A DNA stretch of 63,695 nt, counting the filler, from Reticulomyxa filosa (lineage: Eukaryota; Protista; Foraminifera), in assembly GCA_000512085.1 (NCBI GenBank). It is 8 parts of 8 records of this genome, joined end to end, with 100 filler letters (N's around TTAATTAATTAA, not from the genome) between each part and the next. Parts side by side here need not be neighbours in the genome. Positions count along the whole stretch, not along the records: positions 1 to 27,134 come from ASPP01001546.1; 7 more parts are not named here. One strand, 5' to 3'. Each line of letters opens with the position of its first letter. Positions within the stretch are counted from its first letter, which is position 1. Positions 1 through 13,640 of this stretch are shown in pieces. Under the pieces are notes generated by a model, which was given only the letters and a program-made list of their open reading frames with translations, was not told the DNA's origin and did not search any database. Both the position numbers and the translations under genes were made by a program.

Positions 1-58
1 GCTTTTGTTTTGTTCTTTCTGAATATTCTTTTTAATCGATGGAAAATGATTAACTCGT

Positions 59-627
59 TCATTGATCATTTTCTATTTTTCTGGCGTTGTACTCATCGTC
101 GTAATTGTCCTGGGACTGATTTGGAGCAAGTGTCGCATAATTGCGCTCAGTTGTGCCACTATTGATCGAAGTTCCGAAATCTCTTTTCTGGTTGGGAATG
201 ACGCTGATTAGGAATCTTTTCTCTTTCTTTTTCCTCGTTTTCATTGCTTTTCTTTTCTGGGGGGAGGCATGTTAATGCATTTGGGTACGCTCTCCTTCTG
301 AAAAATTGTGATTCTTTTGCTTTTCTCGACCTTTCCGTTCAATAACTTTCTTGTCGCGTCTTGACAGATGGAATCTAATTTTTGACATTGTTTTTTGGAT
401 GATAGGACATAAAATGGAGTGATTGCCTTTGCACAAAATACATCTCCTTCTCTTTGCATTTCTTTTGTGATAGCAATCATCGGAAGCGTGACCGTTCGTC
501 CACAAAACTTGCACTTTCTTTTCTTGATATTTGTATGTCATCTTGTCCAATTCTTGATATTGCACTGTTTCATGGAAATGCACAAACACTGTTTCCAAGT
601 GGACAAAAACGTGTTTGCCTTGACTTT
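59..627 (-). mobile_element. Degenerate non-LTR retrotransposon ORF1 (gag-like zinc-knuckle region)
   Basis: Across frameshifted frames the minus strand reads KRKCKFCGRT/GHASDDCYHK and RRRCILCKGNHSILCPIIQK, i.e. CX2CX4HX4C-type knuckles typical of LINE ORF1, followed by a basic tail. It lies among other LINE relics. Confidence 0.65.
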
Positions 628-628
628 C

Positions 629-830
629 TTTTTTTTTTTTAGCAAGAGTGAGATCTTATCCAAGTTAAAATTAGCACCTCGTCCCAAAAGGAACACAGTA
701 CTCTAATAAAAACAAACAAAAAAGGAAAAGATCAACAAAACATATAAAAACTCACACAATCAACAACAAGTGAAAAAAAATTTTAAGTTTGAGATATTTT
801 GATATTTTAAAGATTAAATTAAAAGGTTTC
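629..830 (-). mobile_element. Poly(A)-tailed retroelement 3' end (copy 1), inserted into the ORF1 relic
   Basis: T12 (629-640) followed by cctcgtcccaaaaggaacacagtactctaataaaaacaaa...ggaaaagatc...ctcacacaatcaac, nearly identical to 59846-59935 on another contig. Right boundary approximate. Confidence 0.7.
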
Positions 831-879
831 GAACTTCTTTCAGATACTGCTAGATGTCGCAGTAACTGTTTTGTGCTTG

Positions 880-1900
880 TTTTTCTTCAAAATACAATTT
901 TTTTTTTAATAGTTTATATCGACGATAAATGATGTTTAAATGAATTTATTTTTTTTACATTCACACAGATACTGAACCAACGATGACACCCCGAAAATGA
1001 ATTGCGCCAAAATCAGTTACATTCCACTCAAAATCTAACTACTATAAAAAACTTTATATCACTATAAATAAAATGAAACTTTTACTACTTGAAAAATTTT
1101 TTGTCTTTTTTGACTTTTCTCGATCTCTGAATGTCCACACGTTATCAAAAGTAATCTCTTCATTTTCTTTTTTTCATCCGTTTCAGGTCGCATATCAACT
1201 TGTAATCTCATTTGCGAATTTTGTTATTCATATCTGGAATGCCATCAATATTTGACAATTTCCTCTTCTTTTCCTTGTTGTTTAAGGTATTATCAATATC
1301 CGTTGCTGATTGTTGATGTCGATTTGATTTTTGCAATAATGGAATGCTAGAATTGTTAATATCAATAGCAGAATTCCCTAATAGTTCACTCAATATATCC
1401 ATTTTAATTCTACATTTCAATTTCCATTGAATTCATTGGAATCAACAATTAGCATCCTTACATGTTTGAAAATTTGCTAACTGCATCTTATCTTTAAATA
1501 GCTCACAAAAGTTTTATTACTCCGAACAGACTGTTTTTCAGTCGCAACATATTGACTGCTAAAAGCATAAATTCTTTTATGATCCGTGTTTCTAGTCCTG
1601 AGTATATCATCTACCGATTATGTAAAAAAGGTATTAAGTCGCACTAAAAAAAAATCAAATACGATAAAAAATCCATTATCAAATAGTAAAAAAATTTCTT
1701 TTAGATCGTGCTAGAGTCTTCTTGACTTTTCTCGATCTGACCAAATTTCTTGACCACCGAAATCTTTAATCTCGATTTCAAAATTTCTTTCAAAAACACT
1801 AAGATGTTGAATTAACTTGAAATTTCAAACGTTTTCTCCTTCAAAATACACTTTTTTGACAAAAGTTAATATCGATGATGAAGGTGTTGAAATGGATTTT
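880..1900 (-). pseudogene. Two partial diverged copies of a decayed ORF (probably LINE ORF1 N-terminal part)
   Basis: 880-950 resembles 1835-1900 (cttcaaaataca..ttt..atatcga.ga). 1103-1126 resembles 1716-1737 (gtctt.ttgacttttctcgatct). The broken minus-strand ORF 1208-1420 lies between them. Confidence 0.4.
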
Positions 1901-1919
1901 TTAAAAAATTCAATATTCA

Positions 1920-2520
1920 AGCATTTAAGCAAGAATTGCAAACTGCTATGAAAACTACTAATATATTGTCATTGAAGGATATTGGAATGCAAATCGTCAC
2001 GCATTATTTGATCATAACATCGACGATGTTGTGAGTATTCTTGATTTCATTGTATTGCATATTATTAACACATTACCATTTGATTGCAAGTTCACGAAAG
2101 ACAATTTAACGTCAAATATTGACATTACGTTATGTTAATCAATTCTTTCATTGATTAATTGTAGAACTGATTATGTTGAATTAGATTTGCAAAGGTATTT
2201 GCAGAACCAAAAGATTTATATGAAAAACATTATAAAATAGTTGAAGATATAAAATTTAAAGTTGCATTATAAAAACAGATTAGTTCCATTTTATTAAATG
2301 ATATTTACCATATAGATATTACAAAAGAATAAGTTATTGATTCTTTAGATATTTGTCGCCGTACAAAGCTCAATGCCGATAACATCCACAACTAAATGTT
2401 AAAGAATATTTTAAGAATGCAAACATTGTGATCATTCCAATCATAATCGAAATCAGTCATTGCAAGAATCATATGCTGATCACATTGTTATCAAATGTTG
2501 TTAAATTGATATAAATGATC
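1920..2520 (+). mobile_element. Degenerate LINE ORF2 fragment: APE endonuclease plus pre-RT/RT start
   Basis: YIVIEGYWNANRH...ILDFIVLHIINTLPFDCKFTKDNLTSNIDITLC matches the GDxNAH...TF...IDLTL APE motifs. Then DITKE*VIDSL..SPYKAQ.PDNIHN*MLKN, NANIVIIP and HCKNHMLITLLSNVVKLI (NYRPISLLSxxGK-like). Many stops and frameshifts. Confidence 0.75.
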
Positions 2521-2779
2521 ATACTGATTTTATTCTAAGTCCCAAATAATCTAACAAAATTTTCATCAGAAGCTGAACTATGTCTGTTTATTGCAATATT
2601 GATTCATAAAATAAGAAGTACATATATTATAATTTTTATGCTCATCACTATATTGAAATAGTAAAATCTTGCTGTTATGTCGTATATATTTACACTTAAC
2701 ATATCTATCATTCAATAATATTCTTATACGCTAATGTACTTAATTATGAACCTGTTTGTTATCTTATACTTATCGAAAT

Positions 2780-3120
2780 AAACTTATTATTTTGTAGTTT
2801 CTATCGAATTTATATTTAGTCATTTGAATATATATTCCAAAAATTACAATATATAAATTAATTAACTTATAATCATTATATTATATTTGAATTCAAAAAT
2901 AGTTTTGCAAATGTATTCTCGATTTCATTGTGTCTAATTATTACATATCAATATATTACCATTTTACTGTACATTTATGAATTACAATGCAATATCAAGC
3001 ATTAATATTGCATTTGTTCATTGTATAACATATTATGTTAAATTAGATTTGCGATCATATTACATCACAACTGTGTCCAATATCAAAACCAAGCGGTCTG
3101 CACAACGAATTGAACGACAA
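2780..3120 (+). mobile_element. Second degenerate copy of the LINE APE endonuclease region
   Basis: CILDFIVSN..INILPFYCTFMNYNAISSINIA..YVKLDLRS parallels the 2030-2190 translation. A 21-nt near-identity links 2170-2190 and 3032-3052. Confidence 0.6.
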
Positions 3121-3569
3121 TAATTTATTATTTCTATAATTTAACATTTAATTTTTACATTGTCAAGTACTTGCGCGTTGTATATTATCTTTGTAGTACT
3201 TCTTCAATTTATTATATCATTTATGTACTTCCATATAAATGTTATTTGTACTACTTCGAAATTATAATTACACTAAATTTACCAAGTTAATGTTTTTTCT
3301 TTCACTGTTAGTTTGTTATCATTTGAAGTTAAAAATGTTACTTTGATCGTATAGTTTCGATACCGCTTGCTTCTTTTATAGTTCGTTGTTCAATTGAGAA
3401 AAAGAAACAAATACTTTATTATTTAAATTTGAGCTAAAAATAAGCACAAAAACACTATTTTTTTCCGTCCTTGAATACAATTAATGGATGATTGTATGCA
3501 TTCAACATACAATCAACATTACTCGCAGTTTAAAAATGGAACGCAAAAGAAAAGCACCAAACATGTTAT

Positions 3570-5012
3570 TTAAGATGACCTTAATCTTAAGTGTTTGACA
3601 GCACTTTCACGAACAATTGAAATGTCCCATTCTTTTTTCAGATCAACATTAACTTTACTCAGCAATTTATCGGCATATGTCCAGCTTTTGTAAGATTGTT
3701 GCTCTTGTTCTTTTTCTTCATTGTTTCGGTTTTCTATTTTCAGTTTAGTGGAGGTTTTGAGCTCTTCCAACAACATGTCATCGTGAGGAACGCAATCGAC
3801 ATAAAAATGCCCACTTTCAAAGAGATCGTCAGGTAGAACACAACATCTGACAATAGTGGCAGCACCTTGTTCAGGAGACTTAATAAAGGGCTTCATGACA
3901 TTTGTAAACAGAAATTCTCCACCCGGAATATTGCGTCCAATGCTTGTCGCAACCAGCCCCGGATGTATACAACAAACATACAGCTTGCCTATTCACATCC
4001 AAGTTTTGTTATTCTTACTTTTTAATAAGCTACGACAATCCTATGAAAAAATGCAAAAATTGTAAGGTTTAACCATAATGGGACAATGCTAATCGATCCT
4101 CGGGCTGTTTGATATCATCAGAGAATGCAGATGAATCCTGGTCGTTTGTGGAGGTGGAAGTTAAGTCAATGCCATCGTGAAACTTTTGATGCAACCATTG
4201 AGTCCACAAAATAACTAAGGCTTTGCTAATGCCATAGCTTGTGTTTATACTAAAATTTGAAGACGTGATTCCCCCCCAAACGCCGTGTGTTTTCTTTTCA
4301 TTGTTTTTCTCCATTTCGGCTGTGTCAGATGACAGCACCGATATCTGGCTGTTAAGCCAATCTGCAAATGGCAACGGTACTTTTTTATGCATTATACTGG
4401 TCACATTGATAACGCGTGGATTTTTGCAAGATGCAAATAAATAAGGCAATAATAACCAAGTTAAATAAAAAGGTCCTTTTTTTTTTTTGAGAGTGATTTA
4501 GTAAAGAGAAAATAACCAACAATTCTATATTAAAAATACATACCCAAAAAATTGACTTGCAAAGTTGTTTCAATGTTATCTTTTGTCGATTGAAACTTGG
4601 GCATAAATACTCCTGCATTGTTTACTAAACAATGTAATTTCAAATTTCGACTTTTGAAGTCTTTGACGCATTCTTGTATACTTTGGAGTGATGCCAAATC
4701 TAATTTGATCACCTGAATACGATTTGACAGTGATTCTAAGTCACATTTGAGATAAGTGCGGTTGTTGACAATGCTATCAATGACATTTTTACGGGCTTGA
4801 TTTGCTTTGCTGCGATCACGACATGCCATTATCACGGTTGCGTTATGCTCTGCTAATGTTCGACATGTTTCCAAACCTATTCCAATATTTGCTCCTGTCA
4901 CCAATATCACTTTGTCGTTCAGATCATACTCTTCTGCCGCTTGAGCGGCTGTGGCTTTTTTGCCTTGTGTGGAAAAATCCAATTGAGTATTTTCGCTGGT
5001 GGTGTTTCCCAT
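3570..5012 (-). CDS. Short-chain dehydrogenase/reductase (retinol dehydrogenase/WWOX-like), three exons
   Basis: VILVTGANIGIGLETCRTLA (TGxxxGxG), LDLASLQSI, LVNNAG, catalytic YGISK (YxxxK), IHPGLVATSIGR after the intron, KSPEQGAATIV. The N-terminal MGNTTS is a possible myristoylation site. Confidence 0.92.
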
Positions 5013-5251
5013 TTGTTCGCTTTAAACTTTAAATAATTTAAGTTTTTAAACGGTGTTTAAAGGCTTATTTTTGAACCAATTTAGAATTATTTGTGAACCT
5101 CCTAACAAACATAAAAATTTTTTGCTTTGAACTTTGATCTTATTTTATTAAAATACTGTAACGACCAAATTTATCAAATATTTTTACATTGCAATAAATT
5201 TTCAAGTGAAAAAAGACAAGTAATTTTGAATTAATTGTTTGACAACATATA

Positions 5252-7706
5252 TCAGGAGTAAACCGGCACACATTTACCAATGTGGGTGAAACAACCACGC
5301 ATTACTTCAACAAATTTAACTCAGAAAAAAAAAAAGAAAGAAAAAAAATTACACTGCTTTGGTTGATAAGATAGTAATAAAACATTTTGTACAAACCACA
5401 AAACTTAGACGCAATGTGTCTAGCAACTGAGGTTTGATTATGTTCAATTTTATACTTTGGCTAAATTTCCGTTCTATTTTACAACACTGATATTGGATAT
5501 GTATGAAAAGCAAAAAAATTATTCAAAACTTGGTTAAATATTTCTTGCGAATATCATTGAGATTCGCACCAGAAGCATCTTCAAGATTTGAATTGTTGAT
5601 CGACAACCAGTGAGAAGAATATGAAATGGTATCGAATGCGTCTTTATACGGTATCATTTTGTGTATTGTAATTTTTTAAATGAAATTGGCAAAGATTTAA
5701 ACAAATTCTGATAAACAGAAATAAATGACATTACCTCCAAGTCTTTGATTTAAATCAATTGAAGCATTACTGTGATTCCAGTTTTCATTATCAAAACGAT
5801 GGGTCGACGAATTGTGGTCTGTGGACAAGTCTATTTTGGAGGGATTCAAAGATTCAAACACTTGACTCCTTTGATAAAGTGAAAATGGGGTATGATCACG
5901 AAGGAAGGGTGTCAAGCTATGCGTGCGGTTGTTATCTCCGTTGTTTTGATTCAACCAAGGGGATAGTTTTAGTATACTAGCATTATCGTCATCGACATGA
6001 GCCAATGGGTACAAAGTATATGTATGATCCTCGAATGTGTTGTTGCTGTATATGAACAAAACGGTGAAAATAGTTATCACTACACGAAGTAAACTCAAAT
6101 AGCAAAACAATTACGTAACAACCGTGCTGGAGATGTTATATGTTCATTGTAGTTTATTGGATGAACATTTCCATTCGACCAAGCATCGCCATCATTTGCT
6201 AGCCACGGTTGAGTAGCTGTGTGATTGTCCTCAACGAAATGTTTTGGAGATCTGCCCTTGTCGCAATTTGAATTTTTATTGAACCCACTTTGCTCGTTAT
6301 CATTACCGTTGCTGTTCTCATGATATGCAGGTTCAATACAAATGGATGAGTGATTTCGACTATGTTCATTCTCTATCGCTGAACAACAGTTGTTTTCCAA
6401 ACGCGTTGCACAGTCATCCATTCGTTTATCATTCCTGCCATGCATTTCCCTGCGATTTTTACTGTCTTTGCTAAGATCTTTCATCTCTACGCCTTGAAAA
6501 TACGGCAATGGATCATGACCGTTTATTTGCAAGGAGTCGCCGATAGACATATCATTTGACATTTTTTTGTGTAATGTTCTGCTTTGTTTTTTGACTTGGC
6601 CCGAGTCCTCGATACAAGTTACAGAAACGTGGTCACGCAGTTGGTTCCAAGGTTCACATGACTATCATAGTTTTTTGTTAAGGTTACTTGATGATTAGTT
6701 TTAAAACAATGTTCCCTTGTGGCCAGTCTACAAAAAAAAATTCCTACGTACAAAAAAAAGTATAGTGTAAAAAGAAAGAAAACACTTTTTGCAAAAATGT
6801 TAAGTGTAAAAAGAATGAATGTTCAAACTATTTCAGCTTAAAAATGTTGTTAACTTGATGCAACGTTACATGCTTCCTGCAATACAAATAAAAGGCAATG
6901 GAATCTCTTCCATCGACCAAGTACTTTTCAAATTTCAAACAATTGTATCGCTTTTCATAGCAACACAAAGGGTGGAACCATTCATTGCATTGAATCGCTC
7001 GACATTTAATGCAGCCTCCTATTTTCATTTTTTTAACGAGGAACAAATATATTTTTGCGAAGCAAAGACACAAGGAAAAAATAAAAGGAAAACAAGTCTT
7101 GTTTCTGAGAACCAACCAGATTTATGACAAACTGCACATGTGTGAGTGTAAGCGTATTTGTCAAAGTGAGGGACAATGATCGGTCCCATTTTTTGTTGAT
7201 CAGCAATGCAGGTAAATGGAAACCAATAGGCACAAATTAAATGAGCCCACATTTGTTTGTCGGATTTATTTGCGGTATTTTTTTCTACGTAAGGCCCTAT
7301 CACTTCTTTCAATGCCCCAAATTTCTTACTTCGACACAAAATACAGGCCTTTCCGGGCACAAATCTTTTTGCGTGCTCTTTTTTTCGCATGTTTGTTTGA
7401 CAGTAACTGTAAAACGCACACGGGCCATTGAAAACGTTATTATTCTCCCGTTATTGTTCGATGCAAAAAATTGTGATTAACTCAATGTCACCTACTAAAC
7501 TCACACAGCCAAGGATTCGAAGGGCTTTCGCCAGCGCCATAACAAAAAGGATGAACTTCTAACTTACACTGAACACAACGTAACAGAGGTAAGTCTTTGG
7601 AATTGTAACAGACCATACAGCGCTTGGTTTCACGCTTTGATTTCAATAGGTTCATATTCCAAAAATCTTCACTTGTATTGTCTTGGTTTTTTGAGAACGT
7701 CGACAT
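5252..7706 (-). CDS. PZP-domain (PHD - zinc knuckle - extended PHD) chromatin reader, BRPF/JADE/AF10-type module; multi-exon
   Basis: CMVC...CVQCKLEVHPFCYG...WLCEF (PHD1); CILC...GALK...WAHLICAYWFP (knuckle); CAVC...GGCIKCRAIQCNEWFHPLC...YCRKH (ePHD). The 3' end is approximate. Confidence 0.82.
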
Positions 7707-8079
7707 TCTAGCGAAGTCTAGTCCCTGTTTAGGACAGTAAGAGAAGAGCTTTTTTTTTTAAGGTTTTTGCCATATTTTCGAATTTTTTTGGGGTGAAATA
7801 TTCACAGATTACTTTCCTTGCATTTTTGATTGCGTATGGTTGTTGATCTAATAAAAAATTGACGACACACAAACTTTTCTTACAATCTTGTGGAAAAATC
7901 GTGTTAAACAGTTGCAAAAGTAAATTGATCAAGGAACTTATCTACCTTCTTCTCATAAAAAGCAAAGTAATGGAGGAACTGATTAAAAAAATAAGTCGAG
8001 TTTTTTTGTGCTAAGGTTTACGAGTTTTTCTTTTAAAACTTAGAAGGAATCTTCATCTGAACAAGTGTGCAATCTAACC

Positions 8080-9029
<950 letters not shown>

Positions 9030-9962
9030 ACTGCTGTCTACCTCGTCAGAAAAATGAACGTTTTTGGAAACATTTTGTTCCACATTAGTCTAAATTCGAA
9101 GAGAGGTTGTGCACTTTGTGAGATTGAGTGTGTTGCTACACAAGTTCTTTTTTTTAAGCGAGTTCAAGTTAGACTCAAGTAATGCAGGGCATAATCAAAC
9201 CTAAAAAACCCACCAAAATTGAAGAAAAAAGGAAAATAACGCTCAAGCATTTTCTCATGGAGGGAAAAAAAGAAATACGTTTGTGTCATATACAAAAGTT
9301 GCAACACAAAACAATAAAATAAACACTCACATCAAATACTTTCTAAATGGAGAGAACAGCGACAATTTGTCCAAACAGTTCAACAAAAAAAAAAGAAAAA
9401 AAACATTTCACCTTACCTCTTTTTCTAAATTAAACTCCTATTGATTCTTCCTACTTACGTTATCAAAGAAAAATGTCAATGTTCAACAGCAATGGCGTTA
9501 CATTTCTTTTTTCTTGAAACAAATTCCCATTGACTCTTTTCTTTGAAACTGTGACTTGCTTGCTAAATTCTTCCAAAATAAAAATAAAAAATTAATGATA
9601 ATTGAAACAAAACAGCATTCCCACAAATCACAAAAAGTTGTTGCAATCGCTTATTTGTCTGTTTGATATCAAATCAGCACGGAAAATAAAACAAAAACTC
9701 CTCTCCCGTAAAACTCCAAAACAAAAAAATCTCACACTGACACAAGGGCTTTGTTTTGTCTCAGCACCGTTTTGATCAACAACATTCTTTGGAAAGGAAA
9801 AACAGTTTGTTTTTTTAAATGCCCTTTCTCCAAACTAAAGTGCGCAACACATTTTAAAAAATCAACAATAGAAAGCAAAAACGCGCTTAAAACGTATTTT
9901 GTTTTTTTTTTTGAAAATGTCCACATACTTACCAAGAAAAAGCACGAAAGTAAATCAAGTTA

Positions 9963-12900
9963 CTATTTCAGATCTTTTTGTGTTTGGTTGGTTACTCGAT
10001 TTTTGGCTATTGCGGCATTGAGTAATTTGATCCATTTGGCTTTCACGTTTTCCCGCTTTCTCCCCCATACATTCAAAGTTAGTAAGTATGTTTCTTTGAC
10101 AAGTTCGTAAGAAAGAAATAAAACAGTAGAAAAAAACAAACCAAATTGTCCAAGTGAAGGCGGCAGTTCCGCGCAAATTCATCCAATAGGGCTGAATTTG
10201 CAGTGGCAGTCTGTAAAGCTGTTTGTAAACAATAATTGCCATATTTGTCACTTATTAAATCCTCGGCTTTGCTACACAATTCACGAACAATAATGGCGGT
10301 CCAATCCTTTGGATTGGGATTCTCACATTTACTTTCTGTGTGTGAATGTCGTAAACATTTTTCAACAACGTTGGATGAAAACTTTTGTTTTGAATACCGT
10401 ACAAATTTGCCATGCATTTTTTCTTTAATTCCATCCGTAATAGGGCGTGGGCCAATGTCAAGCAAGTGCTGAACAATGTAATTTCCATATTGATTCTCTA
10501 CTAATTCGTTGGTATGTTTGACAATAGCATTATAAACACCAATCATTTCTTCTGCTGGCCCGGTATCCATGGCCGATTTCATCACGCGTAATCCATAGTG
10601 ATCTGTGGCAAATTCCACGGGATAACTCATGATGGCTTTGTGAATGAACCTTGTCCACGGATATTTGTGCCGTTGCAAGTATCGCAAGATTACAAAATGT
10701 CCAGAATTATTCAAAATAATTTTTTTGATGTCGGATTGCAGCATTTTTACAAATTGTTCCATTTGTTCTGGATGTGTGATCCTTTCCATTAATGATTGGA
10801 TACTAAACGATCCTTGTTTGTGACAGGCCACAGTCCCAATATCTTGTTCAATCATTTTCAACATTTCGAGTTTTTTCAAGTCTGATGCTTGAGTAAACAA
10901 TGTTTCCACCACGTAATGTCCAAAGTTGTCCATCATTAGTTCGGAAAGGTGTGGACATAACTCACTGTAGATGGCGTTGAAATTATTGCTATCTCTGAGT
11001 TTTTCTTGAACAAGGCGACAGCCGTCTTGATGTCGACTTAGATAATACAAGTTTCCACTCATCTCAAACATTGTGCCTACGTTTGCGTTGTATGGCGTAT
11101 TCGAAGTACCAAATACTGTCATGTTTTTTTATTGTTTTCTTCGTTTTGCAAGAGCCATTTGATTCTTTACACACTTTTTTTTTTATTATTTTTTTTATTT
11201 TTAAGATAAGATTGAACGCTAACCATAACAAATCAAATCACACAGAGGAGATAACAAAAATAGCCAAACTTCTTTGTGATGGAAAATGGGTATTGTAAAG
11301 GTCATTCATCAACGGGCCCACGTTTACATTTCCATAATGGCTGTTGGGACTTTGTGTCGTAATTGCGACCGGAGGAACCCCGCTTCCCATGGTTAGTCCG
11401 ACTCCAATTGTAGTGTTGCCATTGGTGGCATTGGATTTGCTGTTCATATTCGAGCGCGGGGCAATGTTTGCTCCTCCACTGACAGGATGTGCCGACGAAC
11501 CCAAAACATTCCAATGCAGCGAATTGACGAGTGGCTGTTGCTGCGCTAATAATTGTGTCAACAGCTGAGTGTTAGTATTGTTCAAATCCGGGTTGGTATC
11601 ACCACTCATTCCAGCATTGGTATTATGCAATGTCAGATTGCTTGGCTCAGATGTCATCGTTGCCATATTTCCTGTACTTATCTTGGTATCGTTTAGAGTG
11701 AGTGTCTCAAAGCCGGAGCTTGTCAAGTCACTGGATTTGGTCGTTGCTGTTTTGGCAGGATCGACAAAAGAGGGATATTTTCCGATTCAGCTGGCGAATT
11801 GGTCAACACTCCCATGATATTGTTCACACCGCTTGACTTAGCCGAGGACGGAGGAGTATTATATTCCACGCGATAGGCATCGACGCCACCACCACTTGGA
11901 TTGTGACTGTGCGATCTCGTAGACCGTGGTCCAATGGCCGCGGTCATCCCAGCAATGCCACTCAGCGTCACGCCACCGACTGTGCTTAGACCGTTGTCCA
12001 CGCTGTCCATTGGCTTCATTGGATCACGTGATGTGGTCGTGCCGTTGTTTGCACGTGGGGAAGTGGACACAGAGACACCCATGGCGTTTGGAAGTCCACT
12101 CAATGCATAATTCTGTTGACTGGAAAAGTCCAGTGACGGCGTCAACACATTTGCCAAAGGCGGCAACAATGGAGTGTTGGTTGGCAACCAGAAAGGGGAG
12201 TTGGTCGAATTGACGTTTGTGCTCGTAGGGACTGTCTGCATTGCCTGAGACAGCGCCATCAAGCTGGGAGTCGTCAGTCCATTGGTTTGCATTAAATGAT
12301 CAATGCTCATCGTGGCAGGAGACATAAATGGCAGTCGACGGACACTAGTGTTCACCGGAGTGAATTTCGAGGCCCCGACACCTTTCATTTGGATGCACAA
12401 ACAATACGTCAATATAAGACATCATTTTCATTTCCTCTGTTACATATGATAAAAACAATTACAGAAAATGTACAAACCCAATGACAAATTGCTCATGGGC
12501 GGATGGGCGGGACTGCCAATAGTGCTTGGATAAGGACTGGCCATGCTACTCGATCCCGGCGAGTTATTAAATGCAATACCAACATTTCCAAGAGTATTTG
12601 TTGTCAAACCCGTGGAAAGCATGTGATTGTTTTTTTGTTGCGGCACATTTCGTCGACCGCTTTGATTACTATTCAATGTCTCCAGTTCTACCAAGTCATT
12701 GCTAGTATCCATAGTCTTATCTGCCGCAATGGTTGCCAATGTCAACGGCTTTCCTCCTGATCCCCCCATATTGTTAAACGGCTTGAGCATTGACGCGTCA
12801 TCATAATTTGCTGAGGTGACATTTCCACGTATTAACGGGTTTAATGTTGTGTTTTCAACAATCCGACGTTTTATTGAGGACATTGCTATCGAAAAACATT

Positions 12901-13640
12901 TTCATTTGCAAAAAAAAAAAAAAAAAAAAACCCCAGGAAAAAATAATGTCACAATAAATATTGTTTAGACCTGCGTCGTCATCCGATTCTTGTGTAGACT
13001 GGTGTTCTTCACCAATTCCATTTGTGTGTGATTGTGCATGATTTCCTAAGTTGGCACCACCAGTATGTGAATGGTGAGCAAGCGCCACGTGCACTACATT
13101 GCGAGTATCTTTGGGAAGACCAGTTGTACCGGGGGTAGGACCAGTTTTTTTGGCAGTTTTGTTAACGTTCATGTTGTTGGAATTATTTTCCAAAATTGGA
13201 TTTTTGCATTGACGACAAGATTTGTTTCATGGACAGAGCCATTGACTTTTTCAGGGGTGAAAATGTAACGCAAAGACAACAATTGCAACCTGATTTGTTT
13301 TCGAACAATCACTTCGCCGACAATCACGGTCAATACATCATCTTCATTTTCGGCCAGTACCAAAGTATGCTTTGGTAATGATTGTTCTGTCAATGACTTA
13401 GAATCGTGTGTTGACAGTGGAATTTCAAAGTTTGAATCATGGGTCTTTATTATTGGATTCACTACATTTACATTATTTGTCGATTCACTGTCAATCATGT
13501 TTTCATTCTCGTTGACAGTGTGGTGTGGTATTTCTACGTCACACATTATTCGTCCTCGACGAATTGGAATATACAATTCCTTTTTCTCGTCGTTTAGGCT
13601 CACTACTGCATATTCTTTGTTGGAACTATTTTTTTTTTCT
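9963..13640 (-). CDS. Pumilio/PUF RNA-binding protein with eight PUF repeats and a long N/S/T/G-rich N-terminal region
   Basis: Repeats LSRHQDGCRLVQ, LMMDNFGHYVVE, LVENQYGNYIVQH, YSKQKFSSNVVEKCL, LISDKYGNYCLQTAL in 10150-11122. The last exon RENVKAKWIKLL..DLK* ends at 9963. Upstream low-complexity exons are on the same strand; the true start is uncertain. Confidence 0.88.

Noticed and set aside
2170-3052. 21-nt direct repeat (2170-2190 / 3032-3052) as a target-site duplication
   Set aside because: Similarity extends upstream at the protein level (ILDFIV..IN.LPF..F), so these are two homologous endonuclease relics rather than a TSD.
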